DNA from: a virus
Strand: one strand, 5' to 3'
Virus record (IMG/VR): IMGVR_UViG_3300042558_000825
Coordinates: 1-64,000 of that record
Length of the DNA stretch: 64,000 nucleotides
Part shown: positions 46,201-61,200 of the stretch, piece by piece
Layout of the letters: the number at the start of each line of letters is the position of its first letter
Position numbering within the stretch: the first letter of the stretch is position 1
The notes under the pieces: generated by a model
Databases searched by the model: none
What the model was told of the DNA's origin: nothing
Seen by the model: only the letters and a program-made list of their open reading frames with translations
Translations under genes and position numbers: made by a program

Positions 46201-49200
46201 TTCTTCCGGACCATAACCTGACATAAAAGGATCGCCTTGAACGTCATATATTGTAGGTAGTGTGTCAAATACTCCTACATTAATCCAAGTTATTCCGTCA
46301 GCACTTTGTAATATAACATTATTATTACCAGCTATTACAAATTCATTATCAATGTTGTTCCATGTTATGCCATTTAAATTTTCAGTTGTTATATCAGAAT
46401 CAGTTACATCTGTCCAAGTAACACCGTCATCTGATGACGTTAGTATTGCACCTGCTTGTCCCACAATTACAAACAATCCTAAATCACTTGAATATGCAAC
46501 ATCTTTTAAGTTGTAACTTCCTGTTCCTACATTTACCCAGTTACTACTATTAATAGATGTAAATATAGTTCCATTGTCACCTACTATGATAATAGTATTA
46601 TTACCACTAGTTACTCCATATAATGTTTCTGCCGATCCAAAAGGTGTAATATTTGTCCAAGTTATTCCATCTAGGCTATTTAACACAACGCTTTGAGTTA
46701 TTGTTGGTATTACGCTGTAGTCCGGACCATATCCTACTGCCACAAATCCATTAAAGTTATTGATAGTTATACCTGAAATACCGTATAAAATAGAACCGTA
46801 AAAATTATATACTTCTATCCAATTATATCCATCGGTACTAGATACAATATTATTACCAGTAGCAATATATTTTCCGTTTAAGTATGAAACACTATATAAT
46901 TGTGTACTATCTATAGATACCGTACCGTCAACTAAGCCAGTAGTAGCCCAAGATTCTCCGTCAGTACTAATAAAGATAGGAGTTGCCGTGTTAGTAGAAG
47001 TTATTATATATTTTCCATTAAAATAACCAATGTCAGATAATCCTACCGGTTGTTCTGATAATTTATTAGAAGGCCACGATGTACCATTAACACTATTAAT
47101 AATTAATGAATATGTAGGCGTATTAGCAGAGCCAATATAAGTAACTCCATCAAATAATATTGAAGCAGTATCTACTTCTACTGGACTAAATGCTTGGTCC
47201 TGTAATATAGTATCTAATGTGTATTCGTCTGCTGGCGGGAATGCATTACCTTGGTATGTGCTATTTGGATAAGTTATACCTTCTACTAATTGAGTTAAAT
47301 CTAATCCAGGCATATTAGCTGTTGGTTGATAGTAACCCATAATTCTGTCTAACGCATTTAATTTTCTGCTATCGCTAGATAATAATTCCCATTTACCAAA
47401 TATAAACTCAGTATCATTATTACTTACAATACATTGATAAACTCTGTTATTATATTTGACAATACTCTGATTGAAATAGAATGGTTCTGGTAATAACGTA
47501 TAATCACCTGCAGTGTATGGGAAATCTATTCCACTAACTGGAATCTGTAATAAAGGATCACTGTATACTTCACACTCTGTAGCAGATATAACTTTTAAGT
47601 AATATTGTTCAACAGTTTCATTTGGAGTACCAGCGCAAATTACTGATAATATTTCTCCATTAGTATCTATCGTATTGACAGTCATTACTAAATCATTTGC
47701 AGGAGTAGTACCGGCTAATGCAGTTCCTAATATAGTTATAGTATTATTAATAGCATACCCTTCTCCAGCATCTGCAATATTTACGCTATAACCACCTAAA
47801 ACCCAACTTACATCAAATTCAGGAACTAATGTAGGTGCCTGTGTCATTGTTACATTAGCTGACGTATCTGTTAATGGGAATTCCCCGCCCCCTAAACTTG
47901 CTGATACTTTAATATAAGGTTGTCCTGTAATACCCATTGTACCGTTTTCACCGGTTAAATCAACTTCAGTTCCTCCAGGAACATTAGATATTTTAAATTG
48001 AGTACTAGTAATTGGTGATACGATTGTATCTATTATATAATAGGTTGTGTCTAAAACTACACCTCCTAAACCAGTACCAGTAAATGTTACAGGCATTTCA
48101 TTATAGAATCCCGCTGTACTTGTACAAGTTAATACATTGCCTGCGCTAGTAGAGGTTACTGTAGTTTCTACTATCCCATTTGCTACAATCCAATAAGTAG
48201 TTCCACCAGTCAATCCGCCGTAATTACTAGCAAATTCTACTGGCATGTTATTGTATATGTTAGTTAATCCACCACTGGTAGTAGTTACACTTAAATAATC
48301 ACCGTTAGCTAATGCATTATCTATAGTACGTACTAGTAGATTACTGTCAGTTCCAATTAATCCTGTATATGTAGAAGATGTTGGGTAGAATGTAAACTGT
48401 TGTCCTGTAATTTGTCCTGGGCTAACCGGTAAACCGACATTGCAAATCATTGATCCTGTCGCAGTTGTCAGTTGGACAATGTTCTTTTGGTCTGTACCTA
48501 AACATGTGCCGGTTACATTACTAGGGCCAAGATTAAATGCTCCTCCATTAATTACAGTAGAAACTTGAAAATTATTACTATCAATTACCGCACGTACATA
48601 ATAAGTTGTACCACTAATTAAATTACCAAAATCTGAAACTACTGAGCCACTAATCACCATGTCAGTAAATATTATTGGGTCATTAATTGATAAGCCCAAT
48701 GTACCGGTACACGTGATATAATCAGTACTTGCAATCACGCCTGTTACATTAATAATTAACGGGTCCTGCACTGTAGACATAGTAAATGTGGTACTATTAA
48801 CTACTGTAGTCACATAGTATTCTTCATTTTCTATGATTCCACCAAATACACTACCTGTAAAGAATATTGGTAAATTAGTATAGAATCCAGTAGTACCTCC
48901 TAAACCAGATCCCGTTAACGGAATTGTTATTGTATTTGTTACTGCAGTGGTATTAGTGGTATTTAATATGCCAGGATAGAATAATGTAACAACTGCAGTA
49001 TTAGTAACTTCACCTACGTATAACAATAGGCCAGCAGAACTAATTGTAGCAGTATTTAAATTAAATGTGCCTCCACCGATTGCGGCAGATATAGTAATAT
49101 CAGTATCATTCAATATGGTTTTTACATAGTATGTTGTACCATTAACTAATAAACTATTGCCTACTGCACCCTGAAATTTAATTGGCATATCAACATAGAA

Positions 49201-52200
49201 ACCAGTTGTAGGACCAACACCACCTTCATCAGGAGCACCACCGGTTGAAGGAGCAATAGTAATTATATCACTAGTTCCTCCTGTAGTTGATACTACATTT
49301 CTTGTACGTGAGCTCCAATTTAAAGTTTGGTCATTAGTAACACCTTCTATTTCAAACACTGCACCCTGGGCACTAGCTAAGATAGTATCAATTGATGGTT
49401 GAGTAGATTCTAATGTTATACTTGAACTAGATATTCTTACTGAATTGTTGTACAATCCTGCATAAAAACTGCCATAGAATTGTCCACTTTGCCAATCAGA
49501 TAATTCTGAAGTATAACTTGTTCTATCAAATCTCAATGCTATTTTATTTTCTCTAATTGGAACTGCAGTTGACACACAGCTAGCTCTTGCACTAATACTT
49601 AACAAGTTATTAGAACCAGTACCAGTAGTATACAATACAACTCGGTCGGTATCATTGATTGCATCTCTATACGTTGTATATAATGCAATATTAAATGTTG
49701 GAGTTGATTCAAGTACATTAACATAGTAATATTGATTAACTTCTAATCCACCTACTGCAGTTGTATCAGTACCTATAGTATATTTTATTAAATCACCAGT
49801 TTGTAATAAGGGTAACGGTAATATTATTGTATTAGTGAAAGTGTCAACATCGGTTGAGGTAAACGGTAATCCTATAGAAGGGTCAATGACAATTTCTGGT
49901 AACACTACATAACCATCACCCGGATCAATAACATCAATACGTAATATAGAATCTAAATTCATTACGGCTTGTAATATTGCAGGTCTTCTTGGTTCCGGAT
50001 ATATTGACGTATCAATGTATGCTGTTATTCTAGGTGGCTCATTATATGCACGGCCGCCATTTAATAACAATACCGCTGGTAAATCAATTGTTATAATTTC
50101 TCCCGGAATATGTACAGAAATTGGTGTACCATCAACACCGCGTGTTAAGCCAAATAATGTATTATTTGAACGGTCAACTCCTGCATATCCTATTAATTCG
50201 TCACCTATTAATATAGTTCCATTAATGGGGAATCCATATGCATTATCTACGGCAAATGATCCAGAATTCAATGAAATATAAGATGCTAATACAGTGATTT
50301 GATAATCATTAACTCCGGTAATACTTAGTCCGTAATTATTAAACCATTCTTTATACGCACTGGTTTGCCATATAGGGTCAGTGGGTAGATATTGATTAAT
50401 TGCACTTGGATTACTATATACTAATTCAGGAGTAATAAATTGTTGTACGTCAGTATTATATTGTGACGGTAAATCAAAATCAGTAATAGTCCCTGCATAT
50501 AATTCAGAACCTGTATATTTAAATAAGAACTCTTTAATAACTACATGATAAGGTTTAACTTCATTAATATATCCTGCCAAGAAATCTTGATTATCTGATC
50601 GGAATACTTCTAGTGGTAATAATTCACGTATAGTATGGCCAACATCAATAAACGATGTTTTATTTAACCACGGTAAATAATTTTGTGATTCAATTGTTTC
50701 ACTTTGAATATATTCAAATAATAATACTAAACTTTTGTTTCTATAAAGCAATAACTCATTGGTATAAATTTCTTCATTTAATGCTCTTACAATACTACGA
50801 GTTTCCTGCGATGGATATGTATCATACGGAGTGGTGTCAAAGAAATTATCTCCGAATCCTAATCTAGCAGTTGAATAATCCCACAAGTCACTACTAAACT
50901 CAATAGTGCCATCTTGTAGACCTATACGTTCCCACATATTTAAATTAGTATAAACATAGACTTCAGATTTACCATCACCATTAGTAGTGACAGTTACAAT
51001 TAATCCTGGCGTTGCATCTATTGTTGCTAAATCAGCATAGATAGGAACCTGTAGTGCTGATTTGGTGTTATTATCATATCCAGTAGCCCACCAATTAATA
51101 TAATTCCAATAATCGGTTGTATTATACTTAGCACCTTCAGCAAATGCTAAGAATGATGCAGTACCTGTATTTCTACTAGAGCCGGTTGCTGGTCCAGTAG
51201 CAATAAACGTGATACCTGCAGTATTACTTGCGGCGCCTATACTAGTCCAGTTTACATCTCCTACAGTTACAATAGTATATGTTACATTGGCTTGACAATT
51301 GCCTGCAACAATGGTTTCTATAATTGTTGGGTTTTGTGTATTTAAGAAACTAGCATTTCTTGTTTCAGTAATAGGATATTGTGCTAATACATCATTAGCG
51401 TATGTCAAATAATTTTTCAATGCTAAAAATCTATTAACAAAGAAACTTTGTCTTGGTCTAGCATAGATACCGTATTGTACTGGTTTCGGTAGATACGGAT
51501 CAGGAACAACACCGCCTGATTCATCTACTCCGCACAAACTATCTAACATTCTATCATACAACGATTCAGGAACATCCAATCCATTAGTAGTAGGTAATCC
51601 TGGTAAGAAGTCATCCGCATAGTTAGTACGAATTAAGTTATATAAACTATGTGAAACATCATCATTAGTTCCGGTTGAAAAACCAATATGTAATACGGTA
51701 TCATTTGCATTGATATTATCACCGCAATTATATAATCCATATATATCTTGTTCTAGTGGTGCAAAATAACTAATCCCAGAGTTAATAGGAGAAGCAATAT
51801 ATGATTGAATAATACTATCTGCTAAAGTTTTTCCTGTTTTAGTGAATATAATATTAGTATTTCTAACCCAATAGTAATACACTGGAGTCAGTACACCGGA
51901 AGCATTTAAGGTGTATTCAATTGCATATGACTCTACATCAAACACAGTGCCTGGACCAGCATAACTTATAGGAGGAACATCACTTGTTATCCAACTGTAT
52001 ACTGTTACATCACTTCCTGGGAATACTTGACCCCACCATTTGCTATCATATACTATATCATTTTGATGGTAATTTACAAATCGTGTAGTACTTGTATTAA
52101 ACCATATTTGTCCAATTTGTACTGCTCCCCAAACCATTGCACCCTTATTAATATTAGGACTATTATAACCAGCTGGATCAACATTAGATATCACATCAAT

Positions 52201-55200
52201 ATTTTGACGTACAGATCCTAATATTTTACCTTGCAATGGGTCAATATAATCTAAATTGTCTAATGTGTTATTGGTAATTGCACTATATAATTGTATGTTT
52301 TGAATTCTATTGGTATCAACAACCGGGTTTGAATTTCTATACACACTCCAATCAGGGGTACCTGTAGCATTAATATATGTTATAAGTTGTCCTGCAATAG
52401 TATCTGGTTTAAAGTTAGGTGTCCCGATAACTACATGTGATGCGTTAAAATCTATTGCATGTCCAAACATTGGCTGACTGCCATATGTTTCATTAATATC
52501 ATTAGTACTCTGTGCATATACAAAATTACCACAATTTGCTAACGATTCATTATATACTGACAGGTAGTCAAACATGTATACCGCACCAGCATTTCTATAA
52601 GTATCAACCCATTGTGTAGCATTGTTGTCAAACAGTGTGTCATTGTCATAATCTTCGTCATCGGTAGAATCAAATGTTGTCGCTTGATAACGGGTTGCTG
52701 TTGGTGCACTTACTACGAATGAATTAAATTCATTGAATTTAACCACATTACCAAACTGAGTAGTACCTTGTATATGTGGGTCGGTAATAATTTGTGTTTG
52801 TGTATAAGTATTAAATCCTAATTCTGCCCACGTAGATGTATTCAATACAGTAACATTAAGTTTATCATTAACTGATGCCAATGCAGTATTTATTAAGCTA
52901 ATAATTAACTTGCCTGTAGGGATCCCTAAATTATCTAATTGCTCAGATGCTTGTACATTAGTAATATTTGCTTGATTAATTATATTAGCAACGGTTGATG
53001 CATTGCCTGCAGTTAATGTTACTATATAACCATTAATTAAAATAATCCTAGTAGTGGTAATTGCACAATCTGATGTACCAATAATCATACCGTACTTGCC
53101 ACCACCGTTAGTGTAGCGATAGACCGCACCTTCTTGATTTTGACTGTTTAATTCAAAAGGAGCTCCAACTAATATTTCAGTAGCATAGGTGTTTGTGTCA
53201 ACACTATTACCAAACTGTACACCAATTTTAGGTGTTGTTTCAGTAGTAAGAGTTTGACATAATACAAAGTTGTTACCACTTACATTGATGATATCACCTG
53301 CATTTAATGAGCTGTATACATATAATGTTGAATCTATAACTGCATAATTGTTATCAGTAATTATAGTACCATTAACAGTAATTAATAATGGTGTTATTTG
53401 TATTGAGCATGTCATGCTACCGGTAGAAGATGTTAAATTAATAGGAACTACTGAACCTCTAGATGTTGTGATTCTAAATGTAGTGCCTGTTGGTTTATCA
53501 AGTATATAATACACTGTATTAGCGGAAATTGCTCCACTAGATAATAGTCCGGTTGAATTAGCTGTACCTGTTCCTGTTCCGGCACCGGTAGCTACAAAAG
53601 TTTGACCAATTGTGTTAGCGGATGCACCTATTGCTACAAAATTAGTAGTGCCAACAGATGTTATTGTATACGTTTCTCCTATTGCAAAATATCCTGCATT
53701 AGTGCCAGTAGAGAAAACAACAGGATCTCCTACACTAAAACCAGCTGAACTAGTTACAGTAATTCTTTCAGTTGATCCGTCTATAGCAGTAGCAGTTTGT
53801 GTTACTGTAGTAGGTGTCCAAGCTAATGTAAACGTTTGCGGGACATCTGGCAAACTTGTAAATTGTGATTCAACATTTTGTACGGTTCTATCGTATACAT
53901 ATGTGTAGCCCCAGTTTTCAATTGAACCATCATAGTTTTTATCAGGTGTACCGATTACTACTGTGTCACCATAATAATCTGTTGCAATAGAGTAACCAAA
54001 GTTATCATCATTTGTTAAGCCCAAATTAATAGTTGTAGAGTATTCATATTCTTCTGTGATAGTTGAATAACGATACACATATACTAAACTAGTAGACGAT
54101 GTTACTGCTGATATATATAACCAATTAGCGTCGCCGGAGATAGCAATTGCTTTACCCCACTCAGTTACACCAACTGGAGCAGCTATAGCAGATTGTAATG
54201 ACTGTAATTCATCAACTGTTATACTAACTACTAATTGATAAACATAAACTGCAGGAGTACCTGTAGGTTGTGATATAACAAATATATCATTTGCATAAGC
54301 AATAGTTGTACCAAATGAAGATGATGATGTAATTGTTTGTAGCAACTCATATCTATCAAATAGTGTATTATATGAATAACGGTATGCAACTCCTGCGTCG
54401 GCATCACCAATTAAATAACCCAAGGTGTCAGTATACGCTACTGCACTACCAAACGTTTCAGAACCGTTTTTAATTAATTCTGAATCATAGCCGTAATTAA
54501 TACTTTTGCGATATACTGCCCAATCGCCATCATTATTTGTATCTACCCAAACTTTGGTTTTAACAAATTCTGTGTTCAATAAAGGTAAATCAATAATATC
54601 ATTAGGAGTCGCTACACGTTGAGATTGGAATTTAAATCCAATACCCTGACCAAATATAGAAGTGATTGACGGAGCCAATGTTACATTAACCAATACACTA
54701 TTCAAATCAATTACTGTATTAACTATATAATATCCGTTTAAACTATCATTAAAGTTAACAACTGCAAATGGTTGATATTTTGTCAATCCATGAGGATTAT
54801 TAAATGTTATGGTAGCAGTGCCATTTAAATTGTTTTTTGCAAATATTACTTGACCTAAACTAACCGGGGTCATTACTTGCCAAGTACCTTGATAATCGGC
54901 TAACCAAATATATTGCCCTACATATAATTGTGATAAAGGTGTCAACACACCGCGTGGTGATGTGCTAGTTGGTAAATTAGTATAATAGTATGCCGCAATA
55001 CGCATATCATTAAAGTTAGCATAGCCTGCATCTGGTAACAAATACGAAGGGGTATTAGTAGGTAATAATGGCAGTACGTCTGTACTATTTACCGGACGTC
55101 CATAATTATATAAACTATATAATGGTACTTCTTGTTGTACTCCATCAGTAGATATTCCGTTAGTCAACCCAACAATACTTGGATTGCCTGTTAATAGTGA

Positions 55201-58200
55201 TTGATTTAATTTAAAATCAATAAAGTTGCTATTCAATACACCGCCAAATTCACCTGACTTGATAGCCCAGTTTTCATATATATCATAATCAATACCACCC
55301 TGTGGTAAATTAGCTCCCTTAAATGCACTGGCTGCATTTAATGTTCCTTTGTTTTTAATAAAGTTTTTATAAACATTAATTTGTGTAATATCAGTCAAAT
55401 CTGCAAGTGCTAGATAATCACGTGGACGATAACCAATCAAACTAAAACTTAATAGGTCTGCATCATTTTCTAAATTAGCACGATTTACATCATAATAAAT
55501 TGTGCTTTCAAACGAACGTGTGCTTGTATTTGGTAACAAACCTTTTTGTATTTCGTTGTAATCTGTTTGCTTCCACTCACGTTCCTCAAACAATTGTTTA
55601 GGTTGTATAATAGTAGTAGCAATCCAATATTTGTTTTTATATTTAACTATGCTACCTGTTGTATATTTTACTGTTTTATCCCAATCAAGTATGTTATCTT
55701 GATTTAAAATAAATCCTTGAGCATCAATAGTACCGTTCCATTCTGCAGTTTTTGTTCCTCGTACAGTAATGCGGCTTTGTCTTAATCCTGTTGCTAAATT
55801 ATAAATTACATCGTCAAATACAGTAACGTTGTCAAAAACAATACCATGTTCAAAATTACTAATATTAAATTGTCCATAGGCAATAGTATCACCTTGGTTT
55901 AATGGTTGTGCTGTGAATGCAGTACCGTCACGTATAATACTCAAATCAGTACTTTGTATTGGATATAAGTTTTGATTTAGTACAAAATTTTGTCTCTGTA
56001 ATGTTAATGGTTGTACAATATAACTATCTTTATTAATAGAAATTAGAGTAGCGGCTGGATTGATGTTAACAATACTTCCAGACTCCCATCCTGTTTGCGC
56101 CCAATATAAGTATTCGGCAACCATTTGTCTCCAACTAACTTCTAACCCAGATTCAATTTGGTCAAACAATACACCTTGACTTGCCAAATATCTGCCATAT
56201 CCTTCTAAGAACTGCGCTACTTCTTGTATAGTATAAAATTCAGTACCATACGATACAACTGTTGGAGTTGTATAATAATCTTTAGCTAACTGAACACTCA
56301 ATCCCTGAACTGATACTCTGTCATAATTTCCATTTATTTTAGGTAGTAATATTTTAAAATATGCATTAGTTTGACTATTACCATATACTTTATAATAACC
56401 GTTATTTGTTAATTGTATTACTACGCCACTGTATGTAATACGGTCAAAGGGTTGGTTATCATATAGCAATACCTGATAGCTTTCATCAGGAATTAATAAA
56501 CTACTGTTATTGCTATTTGCTGTAGATTTTTCAACATAAAACTTTAATAAGTTTTTATCACTAAAGCCAGCAAGTCTATAAACTAATCTAACATCAATGT
56601 TGTTTAATAAATCACTAACATTATTAGTTGCATCAATGCCTACTTGTTTTTCATAATCAACTACCCAATTAATATAACTTGTTTTAGCAATACCGTTGCC
56701 GTAAATTTGTACATCACTTATTATTAAATGACTACGATTATTTACCAAATACTGATTAAATTCTTCGTTGTATTTGTAATTATCAACATCAACTCCTAAA
56801 TTAAAGAAGTTAGCCGGCTTTGTTAATGCTAGTATACGCATTAAATCAAATGGCCAACTACTACTTCTACGATAACTAAATTCTGCAGGGCCAACATCAC
56901 CGACTACCCAATCACGGTTAAGTGTGTTGTTGCTATAATTACCTACAATAGAAACAAAGGGTGATACTAAATTACCCTGACTATCTACTGGTAATACTTG
57001 TAATAATTCTGGACGAATTGCTTGGGTAATAACAATTGGATTACCATTATTCCAATCAATACCCTGTGCCAAATCATTCCACAAAACTAAGTTATCGCTA
57101 GTATACGGAGCAGAACCATAACGTGTTGCCCACCATGATGGTTGGTCAGTAAAGCCTAACATTTCCCATGGACTAGTATCTGGATTACTAGTATCATAGA
57201 AATATTCATATATACCTCTCCAATACCCCTGTAGAATAACTTGTTGGTTTATCTTGTTACCAGTTTGATTATAATTATAGGTATATTCATTATTGGCATT
57301 ATAGAACTGAGTTTTGTAATTGATTCTATTTTGTCCTACCCAATCTAAAAAGCTAGATGAGTAAATCTGTAAAATTTCGTCATAACTATAATCAGTCTCT
57401 CTAAAGAACCCTGGTAATACTTCATATTCTTGTACAGGAATAACATTACTTAATTTTAAGTTATTGTATACACGTTTCTCATACTCAAACAATACTTGGT
57501 CTCTAAAATCAATTAATATGCCGTTAATGTAATCACCATATAGTTTATTATATGAACCATCATGCCCTACAATAAAATATGTTGGTTGAGCGTAAGCAGA
57601 ATCTAATACAACTGCGGGTATAGTTGATGGATATAAACCTAATTTAGTAGGAGTATTTGGAACATAACTACCATATGTTTGATTATATTCTTTAATAGTG
57701 ATTTGATCACCTGGATCCAAATCTAATGTGACAGTTAATGATGGTGTATCTGTACTTACTGTATAATCAACTCCGCGTATTAATTGACTAATTATTCCGG
57801 ATGTATTAGTTAAGTAAACCAATACACTATTATAATTAGCCGTAGCAAAATTATATACTTTACTTAATGGATATATACTTATATCTAATGCATTTGCAAA
57901 ACTGTATGTATTGGTGATATATGCCGCTTTTGATGGCAACATATCACTCCAAAAGAAACTATTACTATCTGTTTTTGAAGCAGTAATTTTATCTAATGCA
58001 TCATCTAACATAGTTGAAGGAGATAATCTTGTACTAAAATCAGTAGAATTAACTGTATCAATTAATAAAGTTTTAAAAGTAATGTATTCTCTACTGTTAT
58101 ATAATAACGCATTGAATAGATTATGACTCTGTTTACGTAAAAATGCACCAGGTAACACTAAACTTGCGCTATTCTGAATAATCTTATTACCATATGGTAC

Positions 58201-61200
58201 CATATTACCTAAATCACGGTAATTGTTTGCACCAAATACATCACCAGTTGTGTTTGGATTATTGTAAAAGCTACTCTGATATTGACCACGAATATCACCT
58301 ACATTAACTACCGTAATATCTGCATTCAATGGGTTATTGTTTAAATTAGAAGGTATACTATAATATGCAGTTTCACTTACCTGATCACTTAATAATAATA
58401 TTTCAACTACAGTATCTACTAATGGGTCAGGCACTGTGAAGGTTACGATTGTTTGTGACGATGTGGTTTCTACTGTATAGGCGGTTGAATATTGTATTTT
58501 ATTGTTTACAAAAAGTTGTATAGTAGGCCATGCACTATCTGTATTTGCTAGTTTAGCAATATCACATGTATATGTTGTTACAGGATTATTAGCATAGTAG
58601 TTAAATTCAAATATTTGGTATTGTACACTTGGTCCTACTGCTGTTTGCCATCCTAATTGTCTTACCGATGTTGTCAAGTCAGAATAATTATAAATATATC
58701 CCGTGTTAACTTTTTGTGTAATAGGAGTAGTACCACTGACATAGTTGAATGTTGCAGAATTAAGTGATGTGTCAAAGCTAATATCACCTACATTATCAAT
58801 AGAACTATACAATAAAGGGAAGCCCAATATTGCATCATCATTTCCCGATCCAATACCATATGCAAATAGTTTATTACCTGCAAATGATGTACCAATGTAA
58901 ACGGTGCTATCACCAAAACTTATTCCGTTATCATCAAATATATCAAATAAAGGTGGTTGATTTACTGTCGTTTTTTGTTGAGCTTCTTGCCAATCAACAC
59001 CATCAAAGTAAAAATCCATACCTTGATAATTATATCCTCTGAATGCAACTGTTTGCTCATTTGCTAAAACAAGACCATCATCTGCCTGTGTTAATGTAAT
59101 TACTGGACTATCGCCTGGTATTAATGTAGAAAATCTAACAATATATATTTTATTTCGTATGTTTAGATTTTCATCGGCTGCAAAAACAATTCTTGCTCCG
59201 TCAAACACTGCATAACTGTCATTATTAGTATCGTTGGCAATTAATGATGCCACTGCAGTAGATCCTATTGTTTGCGAAAATTCCCACTCTACTGTTAACG
59301 TTATAGTTGTTGTTCCTGAAATATTAGTAATTTGAGTATTTCTTGGAAGAATATTTGTACTATCGTTTATATATTGACCAATTTGAAATGTGCCAGGCCC
59401 AGTTTTTGAGAACACATTACTTGCAAGTATAGTAATAGTTGTGCTAGTACCAGTAGTACCGTTGATAGTGGCATTATATCCAGTATAGACTTCAACGTCA
59501 GGATAATAATTTTCTTGTCCTGCTACTTGATTAGGAGCATCTGTTGTGCGAAAATCAATAAAATCTATAGGTGGTTTTCCAATAATACCCGAATCAAACA
59601 TTCGTAGATTAGGATAAAATTCAATAATAGGACGTTTAGCTTTATTGTCCGAGGTAGCATAAAGGGATATTAATTCCGGATTACTATTGTATGATGCTGT
59701 TGCATTAATTACGTCAATGTGAAACCATCTATTACTACGAGACCATGCGTTTTTATCAATACTATTTCTTGAAATAGTAATATAATCTGGTGTGACAGGT
59801 ATGTATAAATTTATATCATAATTACCTATGTCATACGGGGTTGTGTCAAAGGGAATATAAGTACCAGATGTAAATGGTTCTGGTGCTATCAAATCTGTCA
59901 CTGGAATTAATTCTATTGCAGTACCAACTCCTTCTACATAAAATCTAGTACCTTCATAACTTGAAGGATATATATCTCCGGAGAATATAACTTTTAATCC
60001 ATTAGTAAATACTACACCATTTGGTGCTGTGTAGTTTTGTTTGCCAATAATGTCTGTTAATACATCAATACGATTAGTAGTGTTACTAGAAATTAATCTA
60101 ATTTGTCCTACTTTATTACCTGAGGTACCGTCTTGATAATATAAAGTATCAAGTATAGCACTCATATAAGGTATTAATGATACAGTGTCGCTGGTATTTC
60201 TATAAAATGTTCTACCAATCCATTCTGTACCAAAATTAGCAGTAATTTTTTCTTCAACAGGAATAGTACCGGTATTAACTAATCTAATTACAGGGTCAGT
60301 TGGATCACCTTCATAGGTAATTGTATAAAAAGTAGCTGATATATCTGTGTAATATCCACCTTCTGAGTTTGCAAAATTTGTACTATCACCAGGCGGAGTA
60401 TACGGTGCGCCCCCTACAGGAAATGTAACTGGACCGCTATTAGTACTAACTGTTTGTGTCCCTGAACTTGGTGTTTCTTCATCATAGGTTGTAGTATCAA
60501 AGAATTTTGATATATATCCAGTTAATACAATTGCAGCTCCAGTGCCTGTACCAACACCAGTCGCAATAAATGATTCACCTACTGTGTTAGAAGTTGCACC
60601 AATTAACGTAAAATCAGTAGTACCAAGTGTATCTATAGTGTAAGTGCTACCAACTTCAAATGAGCCGGCATCAACTAATGATTGTACACCGGTATTATAG
60701 AACATTAATGTAAGACCTTCAAGTGAAGTAATACCATCTATGCCGTTTTCTAAGCTACTTACTAATACACCGTTAACTTCATCATATGTTAATGTTGATA
60801 CTACATCTACCCTGTTATTACCGGGAAAAATATATTGATCTTGAGCATTTTTAAAAGGTACAGTAAATGTTACAATACCCACTTCTGCTCCGTTATTGTC
60901 AACACCTAATACATCACGTGTTTGTACATTAAGTTGTGTAGGATCAAATCCGGTTACACCCGGTGCGCCTTGAATCCAAAATTGACTATTTTGATTAACA
61001 CTGAATCTATACGTACCACCACGCAATAAAGTTAATGATGGGTTAGTAGAACCCTGTGCTTGACCATCTGCTGTTATAAGGTAACCATTAGGGTTACTTA
61101 CAACAATATAATCAGTAGCATTATAAACAGTATCAGTACTAACAGTTACCGCTTCAGGACCTTCAGGTATCCAATAGTATTGATTAAAATTAATAATTTT